In this document: positions 1-9,416 of the stretch, in pieces
How the letters are laid out: every line of letters begins with the position of its first letter
Numbering within the stretch: the first letter of the stretch is position 1
NCBI GenBank assembly: GCA_963765675.1
Contig: CAVXXK010000003.1
Coordinates: forward strand, 192,001 to 256,000
DNA from: an uncultured delta proteobacterium
GTDB taxonomy: Bacteria; Desulfobacterota; Binatia; Binatales; Binataceae
Direction: 5' to 3'
Length of the DNA: 64,000 nt
Made by a program: the position numbers and the translations under genes
Notes under the pieces: model-generated
The model's input: only the letters and a program-made list of their open reading frames with translations
Databases searched by the model: none
What the model was told of the DNA's origin: nothing

Positions 1-124
1 CAAGACACATGCGGCTCGAATTAGTGGTAGCTCGAACAACAGCCTGAACAACGCTCTTCTGCCCATCGCCCGACCAATCTCGTGCATCACCAGAAGTTCG
101 TCGAGTGCTATTAACCGCAATTTG

Positions 125-877
125 TTATTGGGCGGTTGCTGCGCGCCCCTGTAGTTCGAGTAGACGGTTGGTAACCTTCTCGGCCCAATAGTTCATCGCA
201 TTTTCAGCGTCGCCCCATTTCCATTGCGCCGCGCTGCTCAACGCGAGACCGCCGGCGCGTTTGTCGACCGCAGCTGCGAGAAGTTCGCCGCTAGAAGTAT
301 CGGTCGCTTTCATTTCGGCTTCCGCGGAACCCACGAACGCATAGCTGCCGGTCGCGAGCGACTGCGCGGCGTTGAGGATCCGAAGCTGGGGAATCACTAC
401 CGATACCGAGCGCAAGCCCGGCGTGGCGCCGCTCGCGTTCACCATGGCGACTTGCAATTCGAGGACCTCCGGTCCGCCCTGATCCACCAGCGTGAAATGC
501 TTTTGCAAATCTTCCTTGAGTTTGTTGTAGAAGTATGCGGTCAGCATTTGCTGATCGGACGGCGACACTTTGCTGTTTGCACTATCCCAGAATTGAACCG
601 GTTCGAGGAGTATCTTGTTGTACCTGCTCCATTGCGTGTTTGGGTTAATGTACACCATCGCGGCCTGGCCTTCCTTGCCCGGCTGCAACAGTGAGGCGTC
701 CGGGCCAAAAAATCCGCTTACTGCGGGCGACGTCTGGCCGGACTCGGCCTGCTTGACCATTTCGGGCTTGCTTTGGACAGTTTGCGCGCATCCCGACGCG
801 ACTCCAACGAGGAACAACACCGCGCCGAGAACAGTTAAGTGTCGACTTTTGAGGCGCACCGCCTGCTGAGATTTCAT
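125..877 (-). CDS. DUF3313-like lipoprotein
   Basis: 250-aa ORF with lipoprotein signal (LVGVASGC) and motifs YNKILLEPV, EAEMKATDTSSGELLAAAVDKRAG typical of DUF3313. Confidence 0.75.
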   Translation of the reverse strand: MKSQQAVRLKSRHLTVLGAVLFLVGVASGCAQTVQSKPEMVKQAESGQTSPAVSGFFGPDASLLQPGKEGQAAMVYINPNTQWSRYNKILLEPVQFWDSANSKVSPSDQQMLTAYFYNKLKEDLQKHFTLVDQGGPEVLELQVAMVNASGATPGLRSVSVVIPQLRILNAAQSLATGSYAFVGSAEAEMKATDTSSGELLAAAVDKRAGGLALSSAAQWKWGDAENAMNYWAEKVTNRLLELQGRAATAQ

Positions 878-1053
878 TGACCTATAGCTCCCTTCTTTTT
901 AGAGATGTTCCGCCGCCTGCGCTTCCTAATCTGAGGCGATTCGGTGACAGCCGAAATTATACCGAAATTATACTTCCGCGCAGATCAAGAACACGGTCAC
1001 GGGGCGTAACGCCAAGCCGTCGACTCGACCTCGCGCTGATCGAATTCGCATCC

Positions 1054-1626
1054 TCACTGTACTTGCGATCGCGGTCTCGAACTACCTGGCGGCGGTTCAA
1101 AAAACAGCCGGCACAACGCTCCCTTGCCCATCGCCCGACTAATCTCCTGCATCACCAGAAAAGATCCGACGGTCAAACTGATGAGCAGCACCAAGCCGAG
1201 AAAGCGATCGAGATTTGCGTTGGCAACTACGCGACTAATGCCTTCTCCAAGACTGCCCGCCTCGCGAACATAGTGGAAAATCTTCTCGCCGATCCCGAGC
1301 ACGATAACGACCAGACCATAGACAAAAGTCTTGCAAGCGATCACGACGGCGCGGCGATAGTTATCGAAGCGGTAACCGGATTGGGCCCAATCCAGCAGCG
1401 GAACGACTTTGCCCAGAATCAGCGCGGCGACTGCCGCCTTGGTGAATGCGGAGAACTCGATCTCATATTGCGAGACGAAGAGCTTGAACATCACGAAGAT
1501 GAGCAAAAACGCGATGAAGAAGAAGAGGACTACCGGCGCCATCTCGCGGATCAAACCGAGCACTCCGCCCTCGACAGACGTGGACACGCTTGAAAGCCGG
1601 CCCCGAAAAGTACGATTGGTCACCAA
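1054..1626 (-). CDS. Hypothetical multi-pass membrane protein
   Basis: 190-aa ORF with about 4 hydrophobic segments; starts 2 bp after the upstream CMD gene, so operonic. Confidence 0.7.
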   Translation of the reverse strand: MVTNRTFRGRLSSVSTSVEGGVLGLIREMAPVVLFFFIAFLLIFVMFKLFVSQYEIEFSAFTKAAVAALILGKVVPLLDWAQSGYRFDNYRRAVVIACKTFVYGLVVIVLGIGEKIFHYVREAGSLGEGISRVVANANLDRFLGLVLLISLTVGSFLVMQEISRAMGKGALCRLFFEPPPGSSRPRSQVQ

Positions 1627-1628
1627 AA

Positions 1629-2399
1629 CTATCGCTCCTTAGGCGTCGCCGGCAGCTTGGCGATTTCCTCTGCGAGGATCGGCACGCCCAAGTTGCATGC
1701 CTGAACACCCTGCGCGACGCATAACTTCAGCACCTCCATGATCTCTTCCATCGTCGCTCCTAGCTTGAGCGCCGCGTTGATATGACGACGTACGCCCGGC
1801 GCGTACATGTGCGTAAATGACGCGTCAAGGGCAATACTCAAAAGCTCGATAAGCTTGGGTGTCATCACCCCACTGCCGTAAAGGCCCATCCCTACCGCCA
1901 TGAATTCATCGGTCCATACCGGATCGAGTTCAAAGAAGGGATTCCATGCTTCATTCCATTGACCAACCGCCCGCATCTTATCGCACGCGGGGGTGGGCGG
2001 AAGATTCGCGTTGCGCACCGGTTTGATTCCGGCCGCTTTCACCTCTTCTAGAAGAATCGGGGCGCCTAGGCTGCACGAATGGATCGCAGGTCCGAAGGCA
2101 GCTTTAAGCGCCATCAAGATCTCTTCTCGGCTCGCACCTGCTTCGAGGGCGGCGCGAATGTGACGCCGAGTTCCGTCGGGATTGAGATTCGTACAAGAAG
2201 CGTTCAGCGCAACGCCGATTAACTCGACTGTCTTCCGCGGCAAAACACCGCTGCTCCATGGATTGGTTGACATCTTGACGCAGGTCTCTGCCCACGCTGG
2301 ATCCCAATCGCGCAGTTGCGCCAGCGCCGCGCCCCAAGGGCCTGTTTCATGCGCGCGATCGCCCGTAGATGCAGATCCAATATTATCTTTGGATGCCAT
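1629..2399 (-). CDS. Carboxymuconolactone decarboxylase/AhpD-like protein, two tandem domains
   Basis: Duplicated motif: KTVELIGVALNASCTNL..GTRRHIRAALEAGASREEI and KLIELLSIALDASFTHM..GVRRHINAALKLGATMEEI. Confidence 0.85.
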   Translation of the reverse strand: MASKDNIGSASTGDRAHETGPWGAALAQLRDWDPAWAETCVKMSTNPWSSGVLPRKTVELIGVALNASCTNLNPDGTRRHIRAALEAGASREEILMALKAAFGPAIHSCSLGAPILLEEVKAAGIKPVRNANLPPTPACDKMRAVGQWNEAWNPFFELDPVWTDEFMAVGMGLYGSGVMTPKLIELLSIALDASFTHMYAPGVRRHINAALKLGATMEEIMEVLKLCVAQGVQACNLGVPILAEEIAKLPATPKER

Positions 2400-2474
2400 G
2401 TCGAATTTCCTCTGTCTCGCGAAACCTCGATCAATGAGCGAGTTGGCGATTTATGCAGACGATAATCCATCTCC

Positions 2475-2780
2475 CTAGCTCACGGCGATCATAATTTTCC
2501 CATCAACGACTTTCACCGCATACGCGGCAACTCCAAAGCCACCGGTGGTTACCTGACCCGTGGTAACATCATAGCGGAGGCCGTGGGCACGACACGTCAC
2601 GATCGTGCCACTCAGCTTTCCTGCTCCGAGCGATGCTCCAGCATGAGCACATGAATCCGCGATGGCATATATATTCCCGTCCAGATTGAAGAGGGCCACG
2701 TCCTTGTCCGCAATCCTGACAACTGTGCTGGTTCCAGGTGGAATCTGATCCAGCCGCGCACCTTCAACAAAATTCGCCAT
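2475..2780 (-). CDS. Rieske [2Fe-2S] ferredoxin
   Basis: 101 aa with CAH...CRAH Rieske ligands. Confidence 0.9.
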   Translation of the reverse strand: MANFVEGARLDQIPPGTSTVVRIADKDVALFNLDGNIYAIADSCAHAGASLGAGKLSGTIVTCRAHGLRYDVTTGQVTTGGFGVAAYAVKVVDGKIMIAVS

Positions 2781-2971
2781 TACTCATTCCTCAGCGCAGG
2801 TATTCTCTTCATCGAACCCGCAATTCTATCCTTAATGGGAGCGGGGACTACCCCGCGAGAGCCGGGCGAAGGACGAGCAACCGAATCGGTGTGCCGCGGC
2901 AGCGTCTTCCCAGCAGGAAGACGCTGTCGTAACTGGTGGATTCCGGGTCGGAGGCAACTCGCGGACCTGTG

Positions 2972-4102
2972 CTACTTGGCAGCAAACTGCCCCGCGATGG
3001 GGTGTCCATCGGATCCGCTGACCGGCGGATGCAGTCGTCCGTCGGTCTCCTTCACGATGAAGCCCAGTTGACCTTCCTTGCGGTTGGGCGGCAGGCCCAG
3101 ATTGGCCAGCGTTTCGTCTGGGCTGTTGTACCAGGTGCCAATCTTCAGGATCTGGCGCGCTTCGTCCGCGGTTGCGACCTTGCGTCCGAGCTCCTTCGCG
3201 ATTCGTACTACCTGCTCGACCTGTTGGACCGAAGTCATACGTTCACCCTTGCGGCGCCACATATTGTCCTCGATACCGACCCGGATGTGGATGCCGAGCG
3301 CAACCGCCATGGCCGCATATGGCGGCACGGTCCGCCAAAGGGACTCGTACGTCGCGACGGAGCCGTGGGGCGAGCGACGCACCCACTCCATGAAGTCGAA
3401 GGGATTGCGGCCGCAGCCGCCGGCCCCGCCGATGGCCGTCATGGTGTGATTCAACGGCCCCATGTACACGCCGGTGCGGATGAGATGCTCTATCGCTTCG
3501 AGGGTATGGACGTGGGCCATAGCGAACATGGGCTGGACCCCGTTCTTGCGTAGGCGCTTCAGATGCTCGACGTAGAATTCGGGCGTCGCGTCAGCGACCA
3601 TGTTCTGATACGCAGCCTGCATTGCGGGAGTCGCGAGCTGCGTCCCCTGGACATCGTCCGGCGTCGTGAGGTCGAGGATGTTCATCTGCGTGGTACCTAC
3701 GACGATCGTGACTTGATCCGGTTTCGGATTGAGCTCGGTCAGCATGTGCCGCGTGTCGTAACCGAGCCAATGTGCCTTTTCGTGATCGTCGGCCGGAGCG
3801 AACGAAATAGACCCGCCGACTTGGATGATCATCTTCGGTACGGCCTTTCGCAGGCGCGCAATCTGATCGTTGAACTCGTTGAAACTTTTCGAGCCGTGGC
3901 CGGTTTTCGGATCTCTCACATGAAAGTGCAGCACCGTCGCGCCGGCGTTGTAGCAATCGACGGCCTTTTGAGTCTGTTGCTCCCAAGTTACCGGGATGTC
4001 CTCCGGGTAGTCGCTCGGCAGCCATTGCGGCCCGTACGGCGCCACTGTGATGATCAACGGCTGCTGATTTTCGGGCAATAAAGAGTCGCTCGTGAAATAC
4101 AT
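2972..4102 (-). CDS. Beta-keto acid cleavage enzyme (BKACE/DUF849 family)
   Basis: LIITVAP, DCYNAGATVLHFHVRD and HIRVGIEDN motifs. Confidence 0.9.
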   Translation of the reverse strand: MYFTSDSLLPENQQPLIITVAPYGPQWLPSDYPEDIPVTWEQQTQKAVDCYNAGATVLHFHVRDPKTGHGSKSFNEFNDQIARLRKAVPKMIIQVGGSISFAPADDHEKAHWLGYDTRHMLTELNPKPDQVTIVVGTTQMNILDLTTPDDVQGTQLATPAMQAAYQNMVADATPEFYVEHLKRLRKNGVQPMFAMAHVHTLEAIEHLIRTGVYMGPLNHTMTAIGGAGGCGRNPFDFMEWVRRSPHGSVATYESLWRTVPPYAAMAVALGIHIRVGIEDNMWRRKGERMTSVQQVEQVVRIAKELGRKVATADEARQILKIGTWYNSPDETLANLGLPPNRKEGQLGFIVKETDGRLHPPVSGSDGHPIAGQFAAK

Positions 4103-4188
4103 AGAGTTTCTCCTATTCGATAGAGTTGACGGTTTTTGGAATCTCTCGAATCACGAGGGCAAGATAATAGAAATCAGAACGGCTTGGG

Positions 4189-4216
4189 TTGACATAAACC
4201 GACATTGATTTAACAT
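4189..4216. promoter_or_regulatory. Candidate AraC-family operator (GACAT/GACAT/AACAT at 10-11 bp spacing)
   Basis: Direct repeats at 4191, 4201 and 4212 in the divergent intergenic region between BKACE and the AraC gene. Confidence 0.4.
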
Positions 4217-4239
4217 CCGAAGACGAAGCGGTTCTCCTC

Positions 4240-5274
4240 ATGCTTTTGGTTCGAGCAGCATCGCTAACCGGTTACGTCGAGTTGGCTGGCGCCGTGCAGC
4301 TCAATCCCTATCCGTTGCTTCAAGCGGTCGGGTTGCCACTTGCCTGCCTTCGCGACCCGGACCTGAAGATTCCGGCCGATGCGGTCCGCCAGCTCCTGGA
4401 GGACTCGGCGGAGCAGGGCCACGAAGAGAGTTTCGGACTACGGCTCGCCGAGCATCGCTTGCTGTCGAATTTGGGACCGCTGGCTCTTATCGTGCGAGAA
4501 GGCCCCACGGCCAGGAAAGCGGTCGAGGCGCTGGTCAAATACATTCGATTGCACAACGAGGCGATCAATCCTCGGATCGACGAGGAGGACGGCATCGTCA
4601 CGGTGAGACCGGAGCTCCGGCCCGAGAGGCCAGCGCCGGCGCGCCAGGCGGTCGAGTTGTCTGTAGGCGTCCTTGGCCGGACGCTCCGCACCTTCCTTGG
4701 CGATTCATGGAGGCCCCGTGCGGTCTGCTTCACTCACGGCGCGCCACGAGGTCTCTCTGTTCACAAGAGGATCTTCGGTTCGCGCGTGGAGTTCGGATGT
4801 GACTTCAACGGCATAGTGTGCAACACGGATGATCTCGAACAGCGAGTTCCGCATTCGGATCAGCTCATGGCGCGATACGTCCGCCAGTATGTCGATGCGC
4901 TTCTGATAAATCGCGATCTCAGCATGAGTGATCGAGTACGTGAGCTGCTGTGGATTCGTGTACCATCGGGTACCTATTCCCTTGAAGCTATGGCCAAACA
5001 ACTCGGGGTTAGCGGCAGAACCATAGAAAGGCAGCTCAAACAAGACGGCACCTCTTTCTCCGCTTTGCTCAATCAGGTGCGCGCCAAAATGGTCAGACAA
5101 TATGTCGAATCAGCTGGCCGCCCGCTTTACGTTATAGCCGAACTAATGGGCTTCTCCGCGCTAAGTGCATTCTCCCGATGGTTCCGGGACGAATTCGGAT
5201 GCAGCCCATCGCAATGGCGCGCGACGGCCGCCAGGCAGCGCGAGGGTGCTTCCGAATCCCGCCTCTCAGAATGA
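4240..5274 (+). CDS. AraC family transcriptional regulator
   Basis: C-terminal double HTH (AKQLGVSGRTIERQL...IAELMGFSALSAFSRWFRDEFGCSPSQWR). Confidence 0.92.
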   Translation: MLLVRAASLTGYVELAGAVQLNPYPLLQAVGLPLACLRDPDLKIPADAVRQLLEDSAEQGHEESFGLRLAEHRLLSNLGPLALIVREGPTARKAVEALVKYIRLHNEAINPRIDEEDGIVTVRPELRPERPAPARQAVELSVGVLGRTLRTFLGDSWRPRAVCFTHGAPRGLSVHKRIFGSRVEFGCDFNGIVCNTDDLEQRVPHSDQLMARYVRQYVDALLINRDLSMSDRVRELLWIRVPSGTYSLEAMAKQLGVSGRTIERQLKQDGTSFSALLNQVRAKMVRQYVESAGRPLYVIAELMGFSALSAFSRWFRDEFGCSPSQWRATAARQREGASESRLSE

Positions 5275-5291
5275 TTTCCGCGTCCGCGCGA

Positions 5292-6722
5292 TCAGTGGCG
5301 GGCTTCGGGGATCGTTACCGTGACCGAGGTGCCGACGCCGAGCTTGCTTTCGATTCGGAGTGCGCCGCGATGCAGTTGCACGATGTGCTTTACGATCGCG
5401 AGGCCCAGGCCGGTGCCGCCTAGCTCTCGCGAGCGCGCACGGTCGACGCGGTAGAAGCGCTCGGTCAGGCGCGGGACGTCACGCTCCGGAATACCCTCGC
5501 CCGTATCGGCGATTGCGAGCGCCACCGCGCCCCGCTCCGGCTCCGAGCCGTTGAGGCTCGCAGTACGGGCGGAGACGGTCACGTGGCCGTCGCGCGGAGT
5601 GTATTTGATCGCGTTGTCGAGCAGATTGACCATCACCTGATGCAGCCGATCGCGATCGCCCTCGATCTTCGGCAGCCCTTCGGGGCAATCGATCTCGAGC
5701 GATACGCCTTCGCGCCGCGCCGACTCGCGCATCAGTTCGACCGCTTCGGAGATCGCGGCCTGCGGTTCCAGCGCTTCGAAGTTGAGTGGTGAGGCGCCGC
5801 GCTCCAGGTCCGAGAGCGAAATCAGATCATCGAGTAGCCGGGCGAGGCGGCGCGCCTGACGGTCGATAATGCCGAGGAAGCGAATCTGCGTCTCCTTGTC
5901 CTCGACGCCCTGCACCAGGGTTTCGGCGTATCCGTAGAGCGCCGAGAGCGGAGTGCGCAGCTCGTGGGTCAGGTTCGAGATGAAATCCTGGCGCACGGTT
6001 TCGTACGATTTGAGCTGCGTGATGTCGTGGAAGACGAACACGCGCGCGGCGCCCTGCGAGGTTCGGACCGGCGCCGCGCTCGCGCTGACATGCCGCACGG
6101 CGGGGTTCTGGATCAGGAACTCGGCGGAACCATATTCGGCGCTGTCGGAACGGGTCGCACGCGCGACGAATTCCTGCAAGCGCGGGTCGCGGCACAGTTC
6201 GACGAAGTCGCGTCCGCGGTAGTCGATCTCGGCCTCGAGCGCGAACATCCGGCGCGCCGCACCATTGACCAGCACCACTTCGCCGCGCTGGCCCGCTACG
6301 ACGACCGCCTCGGTCATGCTGCGGAGGATCGCCTCGAACTCGTCGCGCTGCTCGGCCAGCGAATCGACCTCGTCAACGATCGCGTCGGTGGCGTCGAGCA
6401 GGCGATGCTCGGCATGGCTCATCGCGCCCCCGTCGCTCTGGAGCAGGTGCGGCGGAGGCTCGCGCGCCTCGAGCGCGGCGGCTATCGCCTCGAGCCGTTC
6501 GGCGTGGTTCTCGAATGCACCGCCGATAGTGGAAGCCAGCAGGAATCCGGCGCCCAGTCCGAGCACGATCGCGGCCAGCGCAAGCCACGCCGACACACCA
6601 CTCCACACGGTCAGAGCCGCCAACATCACGGCCGCGGGCAGCAGGCCCGCGATTACCGCGGCGAAAATCTTGAGCTTAGCGGGACTAGCCAAGCGCCTCG
6701 GGGTCGAAGCGGTAACCGACAC
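5292..6722 (-). CDS. phoR: Phosphate regulon sensor histidine kinase
   Basis: TM, PAS, HisKA (THELRTPL), HATPase (RFYRVDRARSRELGGTGLGLAIVKH); follows phoB. Confidence 0.9.
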   Translation of the reverse strand: MSVTASTPRRLASPAKLKIFAAVIAGLLPAAVMLAALTVWSGVSAWLALAAIVLGLGAGFLLASTIGGAFENHAERLEAIAAALEAREPPPHLLQSDGGAMSHAEHRLLDATDAIVDEVDSLAEQRDEFEAILRSMTEAVVVAGQRGEVVLVNGAARRMFALEAEIDYRGRDFVELCRDPRLQEFVARATRSDSAEYGSAEFLIQNPAVRHVSASAAPVRTSQGAARVFVFHDITQLKSYETVRQDFISNLTHELRTPLSALYGYAETLVQGVEDKETQIRFLGIIDRQARRLARLLDDLISLSDLERGASPLNFEALEPQAAISEAVELMRESARREGVSLEIDCPEGLPKIEGDRDRLHQVMVNLLDNAIKYTPRDGHVTVSARTASLNGSEPERGAVALAIADTGEGIPERDVPRLTERFYRVDRARSRELGGTGLGLAIVKHIVQLHRGALRIESKLGVGTSVTVTIPEARH

Positions 6723-7428
6723 TGCGCACGGTCAGGATCAGTTCCGGGTTGGCGTCGTCGCGCTCGATATGCTGGCGCAGCCGGCGGACATGAACGTCAA
6801 CCGTGCGCGGCTCGACGAACGTGTCGCGTCCCCAGACCATATCGAGCAGTTGCTCGCGCTCGTACACGCGCAGCGGATGCTGCACGAAAAATTTGAGCAG
6901 CTCGAACTCGCGCAGCGCCAGGTCGTGGCGCACGCCCTCGACATACACCTGGTAGGTGCCGAAATCGATCTTGAGGCGTCCGCGCTCATACACGCCTACA
7001 TCGTCGGGCGCGCTGTGTCCGGCCGCGCGGCGCAGCAACGCCTTGATCCGCGCCACGACCTCGCGCGGGCTGAACGGCTTGACCACGTAGTCGTCGGCGC
7101 CCATCTCGAGCCCGAGCACTTTGTCTACTTCGGTGCCCTTGGCGGTGAGGATCAGGATCGGAAGATGCGCGGTTTCGCGGTTCTGGCGCATCTGCCGGCA
7201 GATTTCGAGCCCCGGCATCCCGGGCAGCATCAGGTCGAGCACCAGCAAGTCGGGCGCGCGACGGCGGATCTTTTCGATCGCCTGCGGACCGTCGCCGGCC
7301 TCCTCGACGATGAAACCCTCGCGCTCGAGGTTGTAGCGGACCAGCTCGCGGATATCGGCCTCGTCCTCGACGATCAGCACGCGCGCGCGCGCGCCACGGC
7401 GTTCCTCGGCGATTGCTGGCTGGCTCAT
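6685..7428 (-). CDS. phoB: Phosphate regulon response regulator (OmpR family)
   Basis: REC domain plus winged helix (RTVDVHVRRLR); located between phoU and phoR. Confidence 0.88.
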   Translation of the reverse strand: MSQPAIAEERRGARARVLIVEDEADIRELVRYNLEREGFIVEEAGDGPQAIEKIRRRAPDLLVLDLMLPGMPGLEICRQMRQNRETAHLPILILTAKGTEVDKVLGLEMGADDYVVKPFSPREVVARIKALLRRAAGHSAPDDVGVYERGRLKIDFGTYQVYVEGVRHDLALREFELLKFFVQHPLRVYEREQLLDMVWGRDTFVEPRTVDVHVRRLRQHIERDDANPELILTVRSVGYRFDPEALG

Positions 7429-8115
7429 TTCTGTTTCTTGTCCATGTGGCGCACGACTTTTCCGTTAACCATGAACATCACCATCTCCGCGATATTGGTC
7501 GCGTGGTCGGCGATCCGTTCGAGATACTTGGAGATAAACAAAAGCCGCGTCGCGGGCCCGATGGTATGCGGGTCCTCGGCCATGTAGCTCAGCAGCTCAC
7601 GGTAAATCTGGTAATTGAGCTGATCGACCTCGTCGTCGCGCTCGATCACGCCTTGCGCGAGCTCGACATCGTTGCGCATGAATGCGTCGATCGAATCCTT
7701 GACCATCGATTGCGCGATCTCCGCCATCCGCGGCAAATCGACGTAGGGTTTGAGCTGGGGAACCTCGTTGAGCTCGAGCGCACGCTCACAGATGTTCACC
7801 GCGTTGTCGCCGATTCGTTCGAGGTCGGTGGTGATCTTGAGTCCGGTGGTGATGAAGCGCAGGTCGCTGGCGGTTGGCTGATGCAGCGCGAGCAGGCGGA
7901 TGCACTGTTCGTCGTTGGCGACGTCCATGATGTTGACTTCGCTGTCGTTCTTGATGACGGCGCGCGCGTGGTCGCTGTCGCGTTCGACCAGCGATTCCAT
8001 CGCCTCCGCGATTTGGCGCTCGACCAGAGCCGCCCATCTTGAGCAGACCCGCGCGCAAGCCGCGCAAATCCTCTTCGTACTGGCGATTAGTATGCTGCGG
8101 CTGCGGGGTATCCAT
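7425..8115 (-). CDS. phoU: Phosphate signalling protein PhoU (one +1 frameshift near 8030)
   Basis: N-terminus MDTPQPQHTNRQYEEDL..KMGG joins LVERQIAEAMESL..DLERIGDNA..LERIADHATNIAE after removing one base; span 691 = 3n+1. Confidence 0.9.
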
Positions 8116-8132
8116 TTTCGCCTCCCGGCGCT

Positions 8133-8894
8133 CTAGCCAAATCGGCCCGTGATGTAGTCTTCAGTTTCGCGCCGTGTGGGATTGGTAAAAATATGATTGG
8201 TGTCGCCGAACTCGATCAAATCTCCCTGGTACATGAATGCGGTGAAGTCGGCGGTGCGCGCGGCCTGCTGCATGTTGTGGGTCACGATCACGATTGTGTA
8301 GCTGGACTTGAGTTCGAGCAATAGCTCCTCGATCCGCGCGGTCGAGATCGGATCGAGCGCGGAGCACGGCTCGTCCATCAGCAGCACTTCCGGCTCGACC
8401 GCAAGCGCGCGGGCCACGCACAGGCGCTGCTGCTGTCCGCCGGAGAGGCTCGCGCCCGGACGGCGCAGGCGATCCTTGACCTCGTCCCATAGCGCGGACT
8501 GGCGCAGGCTTTTCTCGACGATCCGGTCGCGCTCGGCGCGCGAGAGCTTAAGCCCGTTGAGACTCAGCCCCGAAGCGACGTTGTCTTCGATCGACATCGC
8601 GGGAAACGGCGTAGGCTTCTGAAACACCATCCCGATTCGCCGGCGAATCTGCACCGGGTCAACGTCGGGGGCGTAGATATTCTCGCCGTCGAGCAGGACT
8701 TCGCCTTCGGCGCGCGCTCCCGGAACAACCTCGTGCATCCGGTTGAGGCATCGCACCAGCGTCGACTTGCCGCATCCCGACGGACCGATGATCGCGGTGA
8801 CATTACCTTCGGGGAACGACAGGCTGATGTCTTTGAGCGCGCGCACTGAGTGGAAAAACGCACTCAAGTGCCGCACTAGCAGTTTGTCGGACAT
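8133..8894 (-). CDS. pstB: Phosphate ABC transporter ATPase
   Basis: [28 protein letters not shown] and the C-terminal [10 protein letters not shown] signature. Confidence 0.95.
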   Translation of the reverse strand: MSDKLLVRHLSAFFHSVRALKDISLSFPEGNVTAIIGPSGCGKSTLVRCLNRMHEVVPGARAEGEVLLDGENIYAPDVDPVQIRRRIGMVFQKPTPFPAMSIEDNVASGLSLNGLKLSRAERDRIVEKSLRQSALWDEVKDRLRRPGASLSGGQQQRLCVARALAVEPEVLLMDEPCSALDPISTARIEELLLELKSSYTIVIVTHNMQQAARTADFTAFMYQGDLIEFGDTNHIFTNPTRRETEDYITGRFG

Positions 8895-8939
8895 ATTATT
8901 CCGCCACCGCCGCCGACGATCCCGCTCCCATCACGCGCA

Positions 8940-8971
8940 ATTCTAACGACGGATTGTTAAGGATTAATTAC
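8940..8971 (-). promoter_or_regulatory. Candidate Pho box plus -10 element for the pstB-phoU-phoB-phoR operon
   Basis: Minus strand reads GTAATT-aatcc-TTAACA (11-bp period), 9 nt upstream of TAGAAT; AT-rich island upstream of pstB. Confidence 0.5.
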
Positions 8972-9006
8972 CACGCCGCGAACCCTCAATGAATCCGCCG
9001 ATCTTA

Positions 9007-9416
9007 TTCCTCCCCCATTGTCTGACATGGGGGAGGATTAAAGGAGGGGGTGCAGCGACGATACTCTCGCATCGGCGGCCTCCCGCATAGGTATGAACGT
9101 CGCCAGCGGGTGCCCTACCGCTCCGGGATTCCTCTCCTGCGGCTCGGAATGACGATCGAAGGTTCGTCATATGAATACTCGCCCCGAGACGAGATCCATG
9201 ATCTTCAATATCGAGACTCCCGATCGTCATTCCGAGCCATAGGCGAGGAATCCCGAGGCGGTAGGGCAGCCGTTTGCTTAGCCTCAACATCTTTACGGGA
9301 AGTCGCTTGCGCGAATCCTCGCTCAGGAAGGAAGCATCAGGATCGTTAGCCATCGCGAGAGCGTCGTCGCTGCACCCCCTCCTTTAATCCTCCCCCGTGG
9401 AAAAACGGGGGAGGAA
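9007..9416. repeat. Nested inverted-repeat element (BoxC-like outer arms, REP-like inner arms)
   Basis: Outer arms 9007-9070 / 9355-9416 (GGGGGAGGATTAAAGGAGGGGGTGCAGCGACGA..CTCTCGC and its complement); inner arms 9111-9158 / 9221-9268 (GGGATTCCTC..GGCTCGGAATGACGATCG and its complement). Confidence 0.85.

Noticed and set aside
9312-9345. SRP RNA-like TCAGGAAGGAAGCA
   Set aside because: Lacks the CAGG-NCC-GGAA-GG-AGCAG helix-8 geometry and the long closing stem
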